Of a stretch of 64,000 nt of DNA, positions 1-10,575 are shown piece after piece. The position numbers and the translations under genes were made by a program. The stretch lies in sequence record PQ850605.1; one strand, 5' to 3'. This stretch comes from Escherichia phage HansTraber_Bas100. Each line of letters starts with the position of its first letter. Position 1 is the stretch's first letter. The notes beneath the pieces were generated by a model, which was given only the letters and a program-made list of their open reading frames with translations, had not been told where the DNA came from and made no database searches.

Positions 1-74
1 ATTTGGTAACGGTTGGAACGGATTCGACTCAATTCACGAATTGGATGTAAACTCATTCAAGGAGTGGTTGAAGG

Positions 75-989
75 GTGATTGCTCTCAAGCATATGGAGCA
101 CTCAATAATCCTACTAATTCACCGAAGCAAGGTTGATATGGCTTTTAAAGCTTCGAAAAAACGTGAACGCCGCTCACCCGATAGAATCGGGCGCGGCAGT
201 CCGATAATCCCATCCAATGCTATTGCGATGGCCTATCGTCGTGAGATGAAAGGTCTTTGCTATGCGATGATTGACGACTATCAAGCAGGAATTGCTGAGT
301 GGCTTGAAAAGAAGCAGGTTAAAAAGTTCTTTGCGCAAGACTCTGCTGATTCAACTTTTCAGACCTTGATGAAGCGACTGCAACTGAAATGGGCAAAAGC
401 TTTCGCCCGTGTCGGGTCAAAGATTGCCGCAGATTTCATCAAGTCAGTTGAAAAGGGTGCCACTTCTGCTACATTTGCAAGTCTTAAATCTGCAGGAATA
501 GAAGCGCCAAAAGCCACATATAATAAATTCGTTGAGAACACTCTTAAAACAAGCGAGACGTTCAACACGACTTTAGTGACTAAGGTTGGCGAAGATATTC
601 ACAACAGGGTGTACGAAGCGGTGATGCTTTCGCTTACTTCGCCAGACCCAGCGCAACAAGGCACGTCCGGCATTCAGGCGGCATTAAGGAATGTAAAACA
701 CTTCTCTGCAAAACGCGTAGACCTTATCGCAAAAGACCAAACGAGCAAACTTTATTGCGTATTAAGTGATGAAAGGATGCGACAGAATGGCGTTGAGGAA
801 TTTGAGTGGGCGCATTCAGGAGCAGGAAAAGAGCCGCGAATATCGCATGAGCACGTCGACGGAATGAGATTTAAACTTGATGACAAGCGCCTATGGGAAG
901 TTGGCGGCGAATTGAAGTTCAAAAAGGGTGACATCGGTCCTCCTGGATGGGCGATACACTGCAAGTGCAGAAAAATACCAATTATCTGA
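75..989 (+). CDS. phage head morphogenesis protein (Mu gpF / SPP1 gp7 family)
   Basis: ORF track (GTG start); C-terminal RISHEHVDGMRF...GPPGWAIHCKCR fits the R-x-H-x-x-DG ... PP-x-H-x-C-R-C signature of this family; sits upstream of scaffold and capsid genes. Confidence 0.6.
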   Translation: MIALKHMEHSIILLIHRSKVDMAFKASKKRERRSPDRIGRGSPIIPSNAIAMAYRREMKGLCYAMIDDYQAGIAEWLEKKQVKKFFAQDSADSTFQTLMKRLQLKWAKAFARVGSKIAADFIKSVEKGATSATFASLKSAGIEAPKATYNKFVENTLKTSETFNTTLVTKVGEDIHNRVYEAVMLSLTSPDPAQQGTSGIQAALRNVKHFSAKRVDLIAKDQTSKLYCVLSDERMRQNGVEEFEWAHSGAGKEPRISHEHVDGMRFKLDDKRLWEVGGELKFKKGDIGPPGWAIHCKCRKIPII

Positions 990-996
990 GGTCATT

Positions 997-1917
997 ATGA
1001 CGATACCAATCAACACATTCCCTCTATCTGGACAAACTCCAGTCTTGCCTGCGGTGTATGCTAATGGCTTGGCAATTGTCTCAGAATTCACTTCTGATAA
1101 AAACTTGATTGTTCCACTGAGCCCGCCGCTTGCATCAGGGTATAACTCAGTAGGTCAATTCTTTATGATTGGCAATGATGGCGATTCGACCAGCAAGCCT
1201 AATCTGACGTTGTCTGTGCCTAAGATGAACATCACAGACGTTCAAACTGGCTTGACTGCATCTACAATCACCATTGCTTTTGGAGAAGCAGTGATTATAG
1301 GGATGGAGTCTGGAGGGTCCAAGAATGCTGTCGCCGTTAAGGTAGTAAAATCCAGCGACAACCAATACACTTTACCAGCTGCGACGGCTTCCGTTCTCGG
1401 CGGCGTCAAAATAGGAAGCGGAATAAGCGTCGCAGGTGACGGTACAATTAGCGTCACTCAATACTCATTGCCGATTGCGTCAGCATCTACTTTAGGCGGC
1501 GTAAAGGTCGGTACAACTCTATCAATTGATGGTTCTGGTATGCTTAATGTAGCGCCAAGCACCGTCCAGAATGCTACTAATAGTGTCAGCAATCCTCCAA
1601 CTACTCTGGTCAATCTGGCGACCTTAAACCTTCCTGCAGGGAAATGGCTTGTAACAGCAAGTCAGTTGACTGTCGCGACAGCAGGAATTCAAGCGAATAC
1701 CGGAATTACAGTCAAATTGTCAACAAGCGATTCAGATATTACGGATGATGCATTTACAATGTCAGCTGGCATTCGGGCTGCAGGTCGTTTCGGCGGCAAT
1801 ATTCCAACAAAGATAATTACTCTTGCCGCGCCTGGCGATGTATGTCTAAACTATCAGTGCACCGATGCGTTGACATCTACCGTTTACGGACAGATCACCG
1901 CAATTAAGCTGAACTAA
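997..1917 (+). CDS. virion structural protein with internal LGGVK(I/V)G repeats
   Basis: Internal ATG at 997 with GAGG RBS; repeated TLPAATASVLGGVKIGSGISV / SLPIASASTLGGVKVGTTLSI segments; located in head module. Confidence 0.4.
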   Translation: MTIPINTFPLSGQTPVLPAVYANGLAIVSEFTSDKNLIVPLSPPLASGYNSVGQFFMIGNDGDSTSKPNLTLSVPKMNITDVQTGLTASTITIAFGEAVIIGMESGGSKNAVAVKVVKSSDNQYTLPAATASVLGGVKIGSGISVAGDGTISVTQYSLPIASASTLGGVKVGTTLSIDGSGMLNVAPSTVQNATNSVSNPPTTLVNLATLNLPAGKWLVTASQLTVATAGIQANTGITVKLSTSDSDITDDAFTMSAGIRAAGRFGGNIPTKIITLAAPGDVCLNYQCTDALTSTVYGQITAIKLN

Positions 1918-1927
1918 AGAGGAAGTT

Positions 1928-2065
1928 ATGCAAAAGATTATTCAGTCACGTTATGTTAAAGTGCGAAATATTAATTGCAACTCTTTGCTTTCTTGGAAAT
2001 GGGCTGTTTATGACTCAATGCTGATTGGCGTTTTAGTTGCAGGAGTGCTATTTAATATTCACTGA
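1928..2065 (+). CDS. small hydrophobic protein (45 aa)
   Basis: ATG preceded by AAGAGGAAG RBS; not in the 60-aa track; hydrophobic C-terminal half (LIGVLVAGVLF). Confidence 0.25.
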   Translation: MQKIIQSRYVKVRNINCNSLLSWKWAVYDSMLIGVLVAGVLFNIH

Positions 2066-2107
2066 ATTCATCGGCAAAGGATTGCCGCGAGTTTTATACG
2101 TATAATG

Positions 2108-2373
2108 ACGTATCATACGTATCAAGTAAGTTATTGTTTTCAAAAGAATCTTACGGATGATACGGATGATACGCGTTGCCGCCGTACTATATAGGAATTC
2201 AAATAAATTAATTTAAAATTATATATCTAATTTAATTTTATTTTTTTTATAAACTCTTATATATGAAAAGTATCCGTATCATCCGTATCATCCGTAGCAC
2301 ACCAGTGATAGCGCGGCTTATACACCGATACGGATAAAAATACGCCTCATTTTATCCGTATCATCCGTATCAC
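2108..2373. repeat. iteron-like 9-bp repeat arrays (ATCCGTATC / GATACGGAT, both orientations) flanking an AT-rich core
   Basis: At least 10 copies or close variants at 2111-2128, 2152-2171, 2272-2296, 2327-2335, 2353-2373; AT-rich core 2191-2262 containing TATATAGGAATTCAAATAAATTAATT. Confidence 0.6.
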
Positions 2374-2481
2374 ACTAATAAAGGCGCGGCTATATCGGTT
2401 GTTATACATATTCAAACCATAATTATTGTTTGCCTAAGTTTTTTTCATTAGATATAATACACAATACTTATTTGAGGGTGG

Positions 2482-3903
2482 ATGCGAATGCAAACGGCAC
2501 GCGAAATTGACAAAAATGGATTCTTGACGATTATGGGTTGTCCAATTTCGTCATTTGGCATTTTTGATTATTCTGCTGGTCAAGTTGGTCTTGATGGTGA
2601 TCCGAATCGCATCGTAAAAGTCTATCGCCCTGAGTCAGCGGTGAAAGACCCCGAAGCGATAGATTCATTCAAAAATATCCCTTTCATCGACAATCACGAA
2701 ATGCTTTCTGGATTTGAAGGTGATGAGGATAACACAGCACCCGAAGAGTATGGAGTTGATGGCGTTCTGACTGGCAATGTTTATTATGACAAGCCATGGA
2801 TGCGCGGCGACCTTAAAGTGTTCAGCCGTCGTCTGAAGAAGGCCATTGATTCTGGAAAGGTTGACTTGTCTTTGGGCTATGACTGTGAATTCATCATACA
2901 GTCTGGAGAGTTTGACGGGCAGCCGTATGAAGTGGTGCAGACAACTCTTCGCGGCAACCACATTGCTCTCGTGGACGTTGGTCGAGTACCAGGTGCACGG
3001 GTGCTGGATGGTCGTTGCTTTGACCATCTTTGTTTGACGACTGTAACACCATCCAACGAGGATTTAGACATGCCAAAACCGTTAAAAGGTAAAGCGCGTG
3101 ATAATGCTGTTGAACAGCTGAAATCACTGATCCCTGCGCTCGAACAATTTCTGAACGAAGAGAGTACTGAAGCTGCTCATCAGGATGAAGTTGAAGTGAA
3201 AGCAGAAGAGAAGGACTCAACCGAAAATCGTGAAGAAGTAATGGTTGATCCAGAAGTCAAGGCAGAAGCAGAAGAAACCCCAGAAGGTGAAGAGAAGTTT
3301 GAAGTTGAAACTGAATCTCACGCTGGCGGCGAACTTCCGCAATTGATCAGCCAAATCGAAGCACTTATTGCAAAACTGAAAGGTGGCGCGGTAGGTGATG
3401 AAGAAGAAGTTGAAGCCGAAGTCAAAGACGAAGAAGAAGTTGAAGTCAAGGCTGAAGATGTATCACCTTGCGACAAAGCTGAAGATGTGGTTAGCGGCCT
3501 GCAAAACAGCAACGTAAAGGGGGCTTCGGTCGAAAAAGATGACAAACCGACAAAAGCGGCGAAAGCGTCGCCAGGTCCAGCAAAAGGGGAACACTCAATG
3601 GCATCTGATTCAGCAGTTGCTGCTTTCTACGCTGATTCTGCTCGTAAGAATAGCCTCTACCAGCGCCTGTCTAAAGTTGTTGGTGCCTTTGATCATGCAA
3701 CTATGGACTCCAAGTCCGTAGCGAAATATGGCGCTAAAAAGTTAGGCTTGAAGTGCGTTGATGGGGCTGAGTTTGACGTGGTGGATAATTATCTGCGCGG
3801 CGTTGAGCACGGTCAAAAACAGCGTGTAGTCGCAAAACAAAAGGCCGCTGCGGATTCTGCAGCAACTGACGAAGCATTTGAAGCTTGGTTGAAAGGGGAA
3901 TAA
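2482..3903 (+). CDS. prohead protease / scaffold protein (Mu gpI-like), acidic helical C-terminal half
   Basis: N-terminal ~180 aa with RGNHIALVDVGR segment; C-terminal half is Glu/Lys/Ala-rich (EEVEVKAEEK..., EEEVEAEVKDEEEVEVKAED) typical of scaffold domains; immediately upstream of capsid gene. Confidence 0.5.
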   Translation: MRMQTAREIDKNGFLTIMGCPISSFGIFDYSAGQVGLDGDPNRIVKVYRPESAVKDPEAIDSFKNIPFIDNHEMLSGFEGDEDNTAPEEYGVDGVLTGNVYYDKPWMRGDLKVFSRRLKKAIDSGKVDLSLGYDCEFIIQSGEFDGQPYEVVQTTLRGNHIALVDVGRVPGARVLDGRCFDHLCLTTVTPSNEDLDMPKPLKGKARDNAVEQLKSLIPALEQFLNEESTEAAHQDEVEVKAEEKDSTENREEVMVDPEVKAEAEETPEGEEKFEVETESHAGGELPQLISQIEALIAKLKGGAVGDEEEVEAEVKDEEEVEVKAEDVSPCDKAEDVVSGLQNSNVKGASVEKDDKPTKAAKASPGPAKGEHSMASDSAVAAFYADSARKNSLYQRLSKVVGAFDHATMDSKSVAKYGAKKLGLKCVDGAEFDVVDNYLRGVEHGQKQRVVAKQKAAADSAATDEAFEAWLKGE

Positions 3904-3905
3904 AC

Positions 3906-4523
3906 ATGACTTTCCAAACTAGTGTAGGCCGTCAATATACAACTGGCTTTCCTGGCGACATCGTTCGCGACGGCCCACAGCGTGGGAAGCCAGGCCGAAT
4001 CGTTAGCGCCAACGACGGTGCAAACGTAAACGCCATCAGCCGTGTGTTTGGTTTTAAGGCTGACGTGTCATTAATGGGTACTGGCCAGACCAAAACCTTG
4101 GGCGCGCAGGACTTTGAAGTTGAACTGGGCGGCACCAATTACTATGGCATCCTTGGCAACAGCAAGCGTTACGCTCTGTATGGCAACTCTACTGGTCCTT
4201 TGGGTGCCAGCATGGTTCTGCCTCAATATAGCGAAGGCGAGTTCTATGATATGTGCACGGGCCTCGTAGTTGAAGTATTCAACCCAAGCACCAGTCCGCA
4301 GACGCTGAACTACGGCGACCTGCTCGCTTATGTACCTAAAGGCATTTCCAGCGGTAACAACCCGAACAACTTGCCTATCGGTGCAATTATCGCCTATACT
4401 GGCTCACTGCCAACTGGCATGGTTGCCATTCCAGGCGGTATCGTGATTGACCCGACTGCTATTGCCCTTTCCGGCCCAAGCGTCCAGTCTTCCACTTATA
4501 CCATTGTACAATTGACTCGTTAA
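3906..4523 (+). CDS. head protein (possible decoration / minor capsid protein)
   Basis: ATG at 3906 with AGGGGAA RBS; Gly-rich 205-aa protein between scaffold and major capsid genes. Confidence 0.4.
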   Translation: MTFQTSVGRQYTTGFPGDIVRDGPQRGKPGRIVSANDGANVNAISRVFGFKADVSLMGTGQTKTLGAQDFEVELGGTNYYGILGNSKRYALYGNSTGPLGASMVLPQYSEGEFYDMCTGLVVEVFNPSTSPQTLNYGDLLAYVPKGISSGNNPNNLPIGAIIAYTGSLPTGMVAIPGGIVIDPTAIALSGPSVQSSTYTIVQLTR

Positions 4524-4537
4524 TAGGCAGGTGAATA

Positions 4538-5677
4538 ATGACTCGCATTAGCCAAACACACTCTCGCCTCCCAGCGAGCAAGGTGCGCCCTTTTGATATG
4601 CAATCCGTTACTGATGCGGCTGTTTCCCAGCTTGCTCGTATCGGTATTGTGTTTGATTCCGCGATTGTGCGTGATCAGATTGAGCACTTAAACCGTGCAG
4701 GCGCTTTTCGCGTAGGTGACGCCGCGTTTACTGCGCCGCAGACTACTCCGTCAATCCCGACCCCGTTGCAATTCCTGCAGCAGTGGTTGCCTGGCTTCGT
4801 CAAAATCATGACCGCTGCTCGTAAAATCGACGAGCTGGTTGGTATTGATACCGTTGGTCAGTGGGAAGATGCAGAAATCGTTCAGGGTATCGTTGAACCA
4901 GCTGGCACCGCAGTTGAATATGGTGATTTCACCTCTATTCCTCTGGCAAGCTGGAACGTAAACTTTGAACGTCGTTCTATCGTTCGTGGCGAAATGGGCA
5001 TGGCAGTTGGTATGCTGGAAGAAGGCCGCGCGTCTGCGATGCGTCTGAACTCCGCAGAAACCAAGCGCCAGCAGGCTGCTGTATCTCTGGAAATCATGCG
5101 TAACGCAATCGGCTTCTATGGCTGGTACAACGGGAACAACCGTACATTCGGCTTCCTGAATGATCCAAACCTGCCAGCGGCGATGACTTCCAACACCACT
5201 TCCGGCTGGGCCACTGCGACCTTCCAACAGGTGACTGCAGACATCCGTTTGATGGTTCGTCAAATTCGTGTGAACTCTCAGGACCAGATTGATCCAGAGA
5301 AGGTTGACATGACTCTGGCACTGCCGACCAACTCTATCGATTGGCTGTCCAACACCACTGACTTCGGTATTTCTGTACGTGACTGGATCACCCAGACTTA
5401 TCCGAAGATGAAGATCAAGTCTGCACCGGAACTCAACGGCGCACTTGGCAGCGACCCGACTTTCTTGAACGTGGCATACCTGTACGCTGATCACATCGAT
5501 TCCTCAATCGATGGTTCAAGCGATGATGGTTCCGTATTCAGTCAGCTGGTTCAGACCAAGTTCATGACTCTGGGCGTTGAAAAGCGTGCTAAGAGCTACG
5601 TTGAAGACTACGCAAACGCAACAGCAGGCGTTCTGCTCAAGCGTCCGTTCGCAGTCGTCCGTATGACTGGTATTTAA
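4538..5677 (+). CDS. major capsid protein
   Basis: 379-aa ORF after protease/scaffold, followed by a strong hairpin; size and position typical of a major capsid protein. Confidence 0.6.
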   Translation: MTRISQTHSRLPASKVRPFDMQSVTDAAVSQLARIGIVFDSAIVRDQIEHLNRAGAFRVGDAAFTAPQTTPSIPTPLQFLQQWLPGFVKIMTAARKIDELVGIDTVGQWEDAEIVQGIVEPAGTAVEYGDFTSIPLASWNVNFERRSIVRGEMGMAVGMLEEGRASAMRLNSAETKRQQAAVSLEIMRNAIGFYGWYNGNNRTFGFLNDPNLPAAMTSNTTSGWATATFQQVTADIRLMVRQIRVNSQDQIDPEKVDMTLALPTNSIDWLSNTTDFGISVRDWITQTYPKMKIKSAPELNGALGSDPTFLNVAYLYADHIDSSIDGSSDDGSVFSQLVQTKFMTLGVEKRAKSYVEDYANATAGVLLKRPFAVVRMTGI

Positions 5678-5702
5678 TTGCTGTGATTACACAGTAAAAC
5701 AC

Positions 5703-5732
5703 ATGGGGCGTGGTCGAAAGGCTTCGCCCCAT
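5703..5732 (+). terminator. hairpin downstream of capsid gene (ATGGGGCG...CGCCCCAT)
   Basis: 8-bp GC-rich inverted repeat directly 3' of the capsid stop codon; no clean T-run. Confidence 0.4.
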
Positions 5733-5792
5733 ATCAATAGACCTCAAGGGCTGTAGGGGCTTATCTGAGGCTTATATAAATAGGACTACAAA

Positions 5793-6257
5793 ATGTCAAA
5801 ATACATCGTTTCAACTATGTCTATGTCAGTTAACTACACTTTCTATACGGAAGTGAAAGAAAACCCGAATGCAAAAGCTGGTTCAGGCGCTCTTCCAAAT
5901 ATTCGCAAACAGATTCTAATCAAGGGCGGCGCTGGTCTTACTTCAGCAACTTCCGGCTTTGGTGAAATGGCAAAAGGCGCTGACGGTGCACCTTTGTGGA
6001 CTCCTGAAGGAATCGTCACCGTTGTAAGCGATGCAGATTTTGAGCATCTGAAAGATCATCACGTGTTTAAGCAGCATCTTGAAAAAGGTTTGGTGAAAGT
6101 CGTAAATCACGACATTGTTGGCAATCACAAAGCCGTCGCTAAAGAAGTTCGCGGCATGTCAGACGACCCGTTTGCGCCTATGACGCGCGAAACTGCTGAC
6201 AAGCGCATCAAGGTGAAATTGAGCGGCGACCAAGAAGATGATTTATTCCGCGTTTAA
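5793..6257 (+). CDS. hypothetical head/connector protein
   Basis: ORF track; AGGA RBS; morphogenesis module. Confidence 0.4.
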   Translation: MSKYIVSTMSMSVNYTFYTEVKENPNAKAGSGALPNIRKQILIKGGAGLTSATSGFGEMAKGADGAPLWTPEGIVTVVSDADFEHLKDHHVFKQHLEKGLVKVVNHDIVGNHKAVAKEVRGMSDDPFAPMTRETADKRIKVKLSGDQEDDLFRV

Positions 6258-6271
6258 ATAAGGTGAATGCC

Positions 6272-6727
6272 ATGTCATTAGATTACGAAAAGTTCAGAAT
6301 TAAATTTCCACAGTTTGCTGATCAGGTTAAATTCCCTGACACAACACTTCAAGTATTCTATGACATGGCATGTGAATTTATTGAATCACAAGACAGTCCT
6401 TGTCGTGTTTTAAATGGCAGTAAATTGGAGCTGGCATTGGAATATATGACGGCTCATCTTTTATGCATAGCCACAGACCAACAGGTGTCTGTGTCTTCTG
6501 GTGACGGAGTTGAACAAGGCGGCTTCGTGACTGGTGCAACAATCGGTGACATCACCGTGAATAAGGTAGCGCCGCCTGCAAGTGATGGTTGGGAATACTG
6601 GCTTTCAAGCACTCCTTATGGCATGGCGCTTTGGGCGCTTCTGCAAGCACTGGCTGTCGGCGGCTTGTCGTTTGGCGGTCTTCCAGAGCGCGAAGGATTT
6701 CGTAAAATTGGTGGGGTATTCTGGTGA
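6272..6727 (+). CDS. hypothetical head-tail joining protein
   Basis: ATG at 6272 with AAGGTGA RBS 6 nt upstream; morphogenesis module. Confidence 0.4.
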   Translation: MSLDYEKFRIKFPQFADQVKFPDTTLQVFYDMACEFIESQDSPCRVLNGSKLELALEYMTAHLLCIATDQQVSVSSGDGVEQGGFVTGATIGDITVNKVAPPASDGWEYWLSSTPYGMALWALLQALAVGGLSFGGLPEREGFRKIGGVFW

Positions 6728-7110
6728 GGATTCCTGGCGTAAACTTATATCGAGTTGCGACAAAGGTCATCGGTCGCCAACCGATTCAATATTACATGTA
6801 CAAGGGGCGCACTCTTGATAAAATGCGCAACTACGTTACCACTTATGAAGAACCAATCACGCTACTTGCTTCGGTGCAGGCTGTTCTTCGAAATCAATAC
6901 GTCGAGCTTGGATTGGAGCTTCAAAAGAACTATGTCAAAATCTGGGTAGACAAAGACATTGTTGACCTTGACCGCGACGCTTCCGGCGACTATTTTGTGT
7001 TTGGTGGGAAAACGTATAAAATGGAAGATGAAACGACATGGTTTGACCAAGATGGTTGGACGACTTGCCTTGCCGTGGAAATAAAACAAAGCTTTCCAGT
7101 GTCTACTTGA
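6724..7110 (+). CDS. hypothetical morphogenesis protein
   Basis: ORF track; GTG start overlapping the upstream stop (GTGA). Confidence 0.4.
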   Translation: MRIPGVNLYRVATKVIGRQPIQYYMYKGRTLDKMRNYVTTYEEPITLLASVQAVLRNQYVELGLELQKNYVKIWVDKDIVDLDRDASGDYFVFGGKTYKMEDETTWFDQDGWTTCLAVEIKQSFPVST

Positions 7111-7111
7111 G

Positions 7112-7693
7112 GTGTATATGACAGATGTCGACCTGATTGACATGCTGGCAACGCGAATTGAAGAAGGTCTGGCGACGTATAGTCGTGCAGACCTTTCTGC
7201 TGTTCCGGTCCAGAAAAAGTATCAACCGACTCAACAGGGTATTCCGACTGGTGACCAAATTTGGTTTAACCTTTTATTCTCAGTTCCGTTTGGATGGTCC
7301 ATGAGGAAAAGTGAATTTGTCAATGATGAGTCTCAATTTGTAAACGGAAAATTCAAAGATATTGAAGATCAAATATACGCTACACGTTTTCAAATCAGCG
7401 GCTTATTTCCAGAAGTTCCTGGCAATCCAGAAAAGCCTACTGCTAATGACGTATTGACTTATTTGGCAAGATTCATAACTCATAAAGCGAATTTGAGGGA
7501 TTGGTTCAACAAGCATCAGGCATCAGTATATCGAATCGACATGAATAATAATGAAAAGTTTTATGATGACATGTCGCAATTTGAATCATTCCCTTCTTTT
7601 GATTTGGTAATACTTCACAGAAACGCAATTTCAATTGATACTCCTGCTGTTGCAAGAGCTGTTAATAATGATTTGGGTGATATTCCGGTGTAA
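7112..7693 (+). CDS. hypothetical morphogenesis protein
   Basis: ORF track; start codon uncertain (GTG 7112 or ATG 7118). Confidence 0.4.
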   Translation: MYMTDVDLIDMLATRIEEGLATYSRADLSAVPVQKKYQPTQQGIPTGDQIWFNLLFSVPFGWSMRKSEFVNDESQFVNGKFKDIEDQIYATRFQISGLFPEVPGNPEKPTANDVLTYLARFITHKANLRDWFNKHQASVYRIDMNNNEKFYDDMSQFESFPSFDLVILHRNAISIDTPAVARAVNNDLGDIPV

Positions 7694-7694
7694 T

Positions 7695-8180
7695 ATGACA
7701 AAATCAAAAATGATAGAAAAACAGATTAAGGCGCTTCAGTCTATGAAGGGTCTTACTGTTGAGGCAGGATGGTTTGATTCTACCAGATACCCTTCAGAAA
7801 CTGGTGGAGAAGGAATACTGGTGTCAGAAGTAGCGCGGCTTAACGAGTTTGGTCACATAGCCGTTTTGAACTTTGGACAAGGCCCAGTCAGGGTAGAAGT
7901 GCCACCCAGACCATTCATGAGATATGCCTATGAATTATTCGTTAGTGAGCGCAGTGAAATAGAGAATAAAATTGCTAAAAAGATTTTTTCCGGTAAAATA
8001 GACGCTAGACAGGCATTGGGTCAAATTGGGCTTGCGATGGAAGCAAAGATTGTCGAATCAATTAAAAACGGACCGTGGCAACCAAATGCCAGATATACTG
8101 TACGTGTGAAGGGATTCGACAAGCCTTTGATTCACACTAGCCTCATGTGGCAATCTGTCAGCAGCCAAGTCATTAAATAA
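7695..8180 (+). CDS. virion morphogenesis / tail completion protein (Mu gpG / HK97 gp10-like)
   Basis: Internal ATG at 7695 right after the upstream stop; ~160 aa; positioned immediately before the sheath gene as in Mu-like phages. Confidence 0.4.
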   Translation: MTKSKMIEKQIKALQSMKGLTVEAGWFDSTRYPSETGGEGILVSEVARLNEFGHIAVLNFGQGPVRVEVPPRPFMRYAYELFVSERSEIENKIAKKIFSGKIDARQALGQIGLAMEAKIVESIKNGPWQPNARYTVRVKGFDKPLIHTSLMWQSVSSQVIK

Positions 8181-8192
8181 GAGGACACCGAC

Positions 8193-9731
8193 GTGATCAG
8201 TCAATCTCGTTATATTAAAATTGTATCAGGGGTCGGAGCAGGCGCGGCTGTTGCAGTTCGCAAACTGTCGCTTCGCGTCATGACTTCTAATACAGTTCTG
8301 CCGCCGGGCATTGTAGCAGAATTTTCAACGGCTGATGCTGTTGGATCATATTTCGGTTATTCTTCCGAAGAATATAAGCGCGCAGCATTATATTTTGGAT
8401 TCATCAGCAAGCAAATTAACTCGCCTGATTCAATCAGCTTCTCGCGTATTGTTTCAACTGCGATTCCAGCAATGGTCATCGGTGATACTGAGCCTAAAGT
8501 GCTTGCTACGTTTCAAGCATTCACTGGCGCTATTTTAAGCATCACTTATGATGGCACAGACTACCTGACTGACGCAATTAACCTTTCAGCGGCAACAAGT
8601 CTGGCGAATGTGGCTGAACTTCTGGAAACGGCAATCAATACTAAATTTGCAGCAGAAGGTGGCACGTCGGTGCCTGCACTTGCTGATGCAGAAGTGTATT
8701 GGAACGCTAATACTCAGCAGTTCACGCTGGAAGCAGCGCCGTCGACCGCTGGCGCAGGCAACCTGTCTATCAACGTCACAGGCCAACCGACCGACCCGTC
8801 TCAAGCATTGGGTTGGACCACCACTGGCACCGTAACCGTTGCAGGCCAGGGCGTTTCAAGTCCGGTAGAAGCAATCGCAGCATCTGTGGAAATCTCCAAC
8901 AACTTCGGCTCATTCCTTTTTGCTGGGGCTGACCGAACTCTGGAAGAAATTACCGCTGTGGCAGCGTGGAATCATTCGCAGAATAATATGTACATGTATT
9001 TATTCTCGACTTCGTTCGCTAATATCGGGTCATACTACACCGCTCTGAAAGGGTACTCAGGCGTTGGCATGATGATTCGCGCCACTAACCTTGCAAACGA
9101 TTACATCGACCAAGCGCCTGCTGAAATCCTCGCGGCGACGAACTATAATACTGTGAATGCGACTCAAAACTACATGTATTATCAGTTTGATACTCGCAAC
9201 GTGACTGTTTCAACTGACTCTCGCGCAGATACTGCTGATCAAAACCGTGCTAACTACATCGGTGCAACTCAGCAGGCCGGACAAACCTTGGCATTCTTCC
9301 AGCGCGGCGTATTGATGGGCGGGTCTACCGCAGCAGTTGACATGAATACTTATGCCAACGAGATGTGGCTTAAATCTGCTATCACTTCTCAGCTGTTCAG
9401 CATGTTCTTGAATCTTGGTCGCGTGCCTGCAAACGAAGAAGGTAAAGCGACTGTACAAGCCATGATTCAAGTTGCTGTTGACAATGCGAAGGTTAACGGC
9501 ACCATCTCTGTTGGCAAGGCGCTGACTGAGATTCAGAAACAATACATCACGCAAACTTCCGGTGACAACACTGCTTGGCGGCAGGTTGAAACTATCGGTT
9601 ACTGGCTGACTGTAGATTTTGATACTGAAACCACTTCCGATGGGCGCACCGAATACTATGCAACATACACGCTAATCTACTCTAAAGATGATGCTGTGCG
9701 TCGCGTTGAAGGTCGTGACGTCCTTATCTAA
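8193..9731 (+). CDS. tail sheath protein
   Basis: 512-aa ORF directly upstream of a ~155-aa tube-like gene; order matches sheath-tube of contractile tails. Confidence 0.5.
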   Translation: MISQSRYIKIVSGVGAGAAVAVRKLSLRVMTSNTVLPPGIVAEFSTADAVGSYFGYSSEEYKRAALYFGFISKQINSPDSISFSRIVSTAIPAMVIGDTEPKVLATFQAFTGAILSITYDGTDYLTDAINLSAATSLANVAELLETAINTKFAAEGGTSVPALADAEVYWNANTQQFTLEAAPSTAGAGNLSINVTGQPTDPSQALGWTTTGTVTVAGQGVSSPVEAIAASVEISNNFGSFLFAGADRTLEEITAVAAWNHSQNNMYMYLFSTSFANIGSYYTALKGYSGVGMMIRATNLANDYIDQAPAEILAATNYNTVNATQNYMYYQFDTRNVTVSTDSRADTADQNRANYIGATQQAGQTLAFFQRGVLMGGSTAAVDMNTYANEMWLKSAITSQLFSMFLNLGRVPANEEGKATVQAMIQVAVDNAKVNGTISVGKALTEIQKQYITQTSGDNTAWRQVETIGYWLTVDFDTETTSDGRTEYYATYTLIYSKDDAVRRVEGRDVLI

Positions 9732-9778
9732 ATAATTGCCGCCGTAACTGGCGGCCATCTCTCTGAGAGGAATCTGTA

Positions 9779-10246
9779 ATGATTAACGTTTCCGGTTTTG
9801 GCGCTTCGATTCGTTTAGTGGCATCAAACACTTTTCCAAATGGTGTAACTCTTTCTGATTTCGCAGATGATGCTGATCCGATTGACGCGCCTGATCTTCA
9901 AATCTCTGAAGCGGCAATGGGATTGAACGGTGACTTGGTAGTCTGGAACCGTGCCAACCCTCTTGAAGTAGGCGTCAACATCATCCCTACTTCTGAAAGC
10001 GATGTAAACTTAGATGTTCTGGCAGCGGCTAACCGTGTAGGTAAGCGCAAGAACTCTGCGAAAGACGTGATCACCCTTATTCTGACCTACCCTTCTGGCA
10101 TGGTCATCACACTGAACAAGGGAACTTTGACGACTGGTTCAGTGATTCCTGGCATCCAGTCTCAGGGTCGTGTAAAAACACGTCAATATCGCTTTAAGTT
10201 TGAGAACGTAGTCAAAACTGGCGTGAGCAACCAAGAGATTTTATAA
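9779..10246 (+). CDS. tail tube protein
   Basis: 155-aa protein after sheath; N-terminus MINVSGFGASIRLVA; paralogous to 11197..11694. Confidence 0.5.
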   Translation: MINVSGFGASIRLVASNTFPNGVTLSDFADDADPIDAPDLQISEAAMGLNGDLVVWNRANPLEVGVNIIPTSESDVNLDVLAAANRVGKRKNSAKDVITLILTYPSGMVITLNKGTLTTGSVIPGIQSQGRVKTRQYRFKFENVVKTGVSNQEIL

Positions 10247-10575
10247 TGTATCAAATACCACTTGACAGCGTACCTAACCAGAATATCAGCTTTAACGTTG
10301 ACGGTGCTTATTGGCAGCTGCACATATTCGCCGCAATTGAGCACATGTGCGCAGATGTTTACCGCAATGGCGAATTGTTGATTCAGGGGGTACGTTGTTT
10401 TGGTGGTATACCAATGGTGCCTTATAAATATCTCATGATTGGGTACGGCAACTTTATTTTTGACAGCGTACCCGATTATGAGCATTTTAACTCTGGCGGC
10501 TGTAATTTATATTACATGTCAGAATCTGAGTTGGCTGAATTCCAGAAAACTGCTGAAGCGGAGTTTGCAATTTGA
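10246..10575 (+). CDS. hypothetical tail protein
   Basis: ORF track; start overlaps upstream stop. Confidence 0.4.
   Translation: MYQIPLDSVPNQNISFNVDGAYWQLHIFAAIEHMCADVYRNGELLIQGVRCFGGIPMVPYKYLMIGYGNFIFDSVPDYEHFNSGGCNLYYMSESELAEFQKTAEAEFAI

Noticed and set aside
4751-5494. 247-aa - strand ORF inside the major capsid gene
   Set aside because: Antisense overlap with a confidently placed structural gene; no RBS; Arg/Cys-rich composition.
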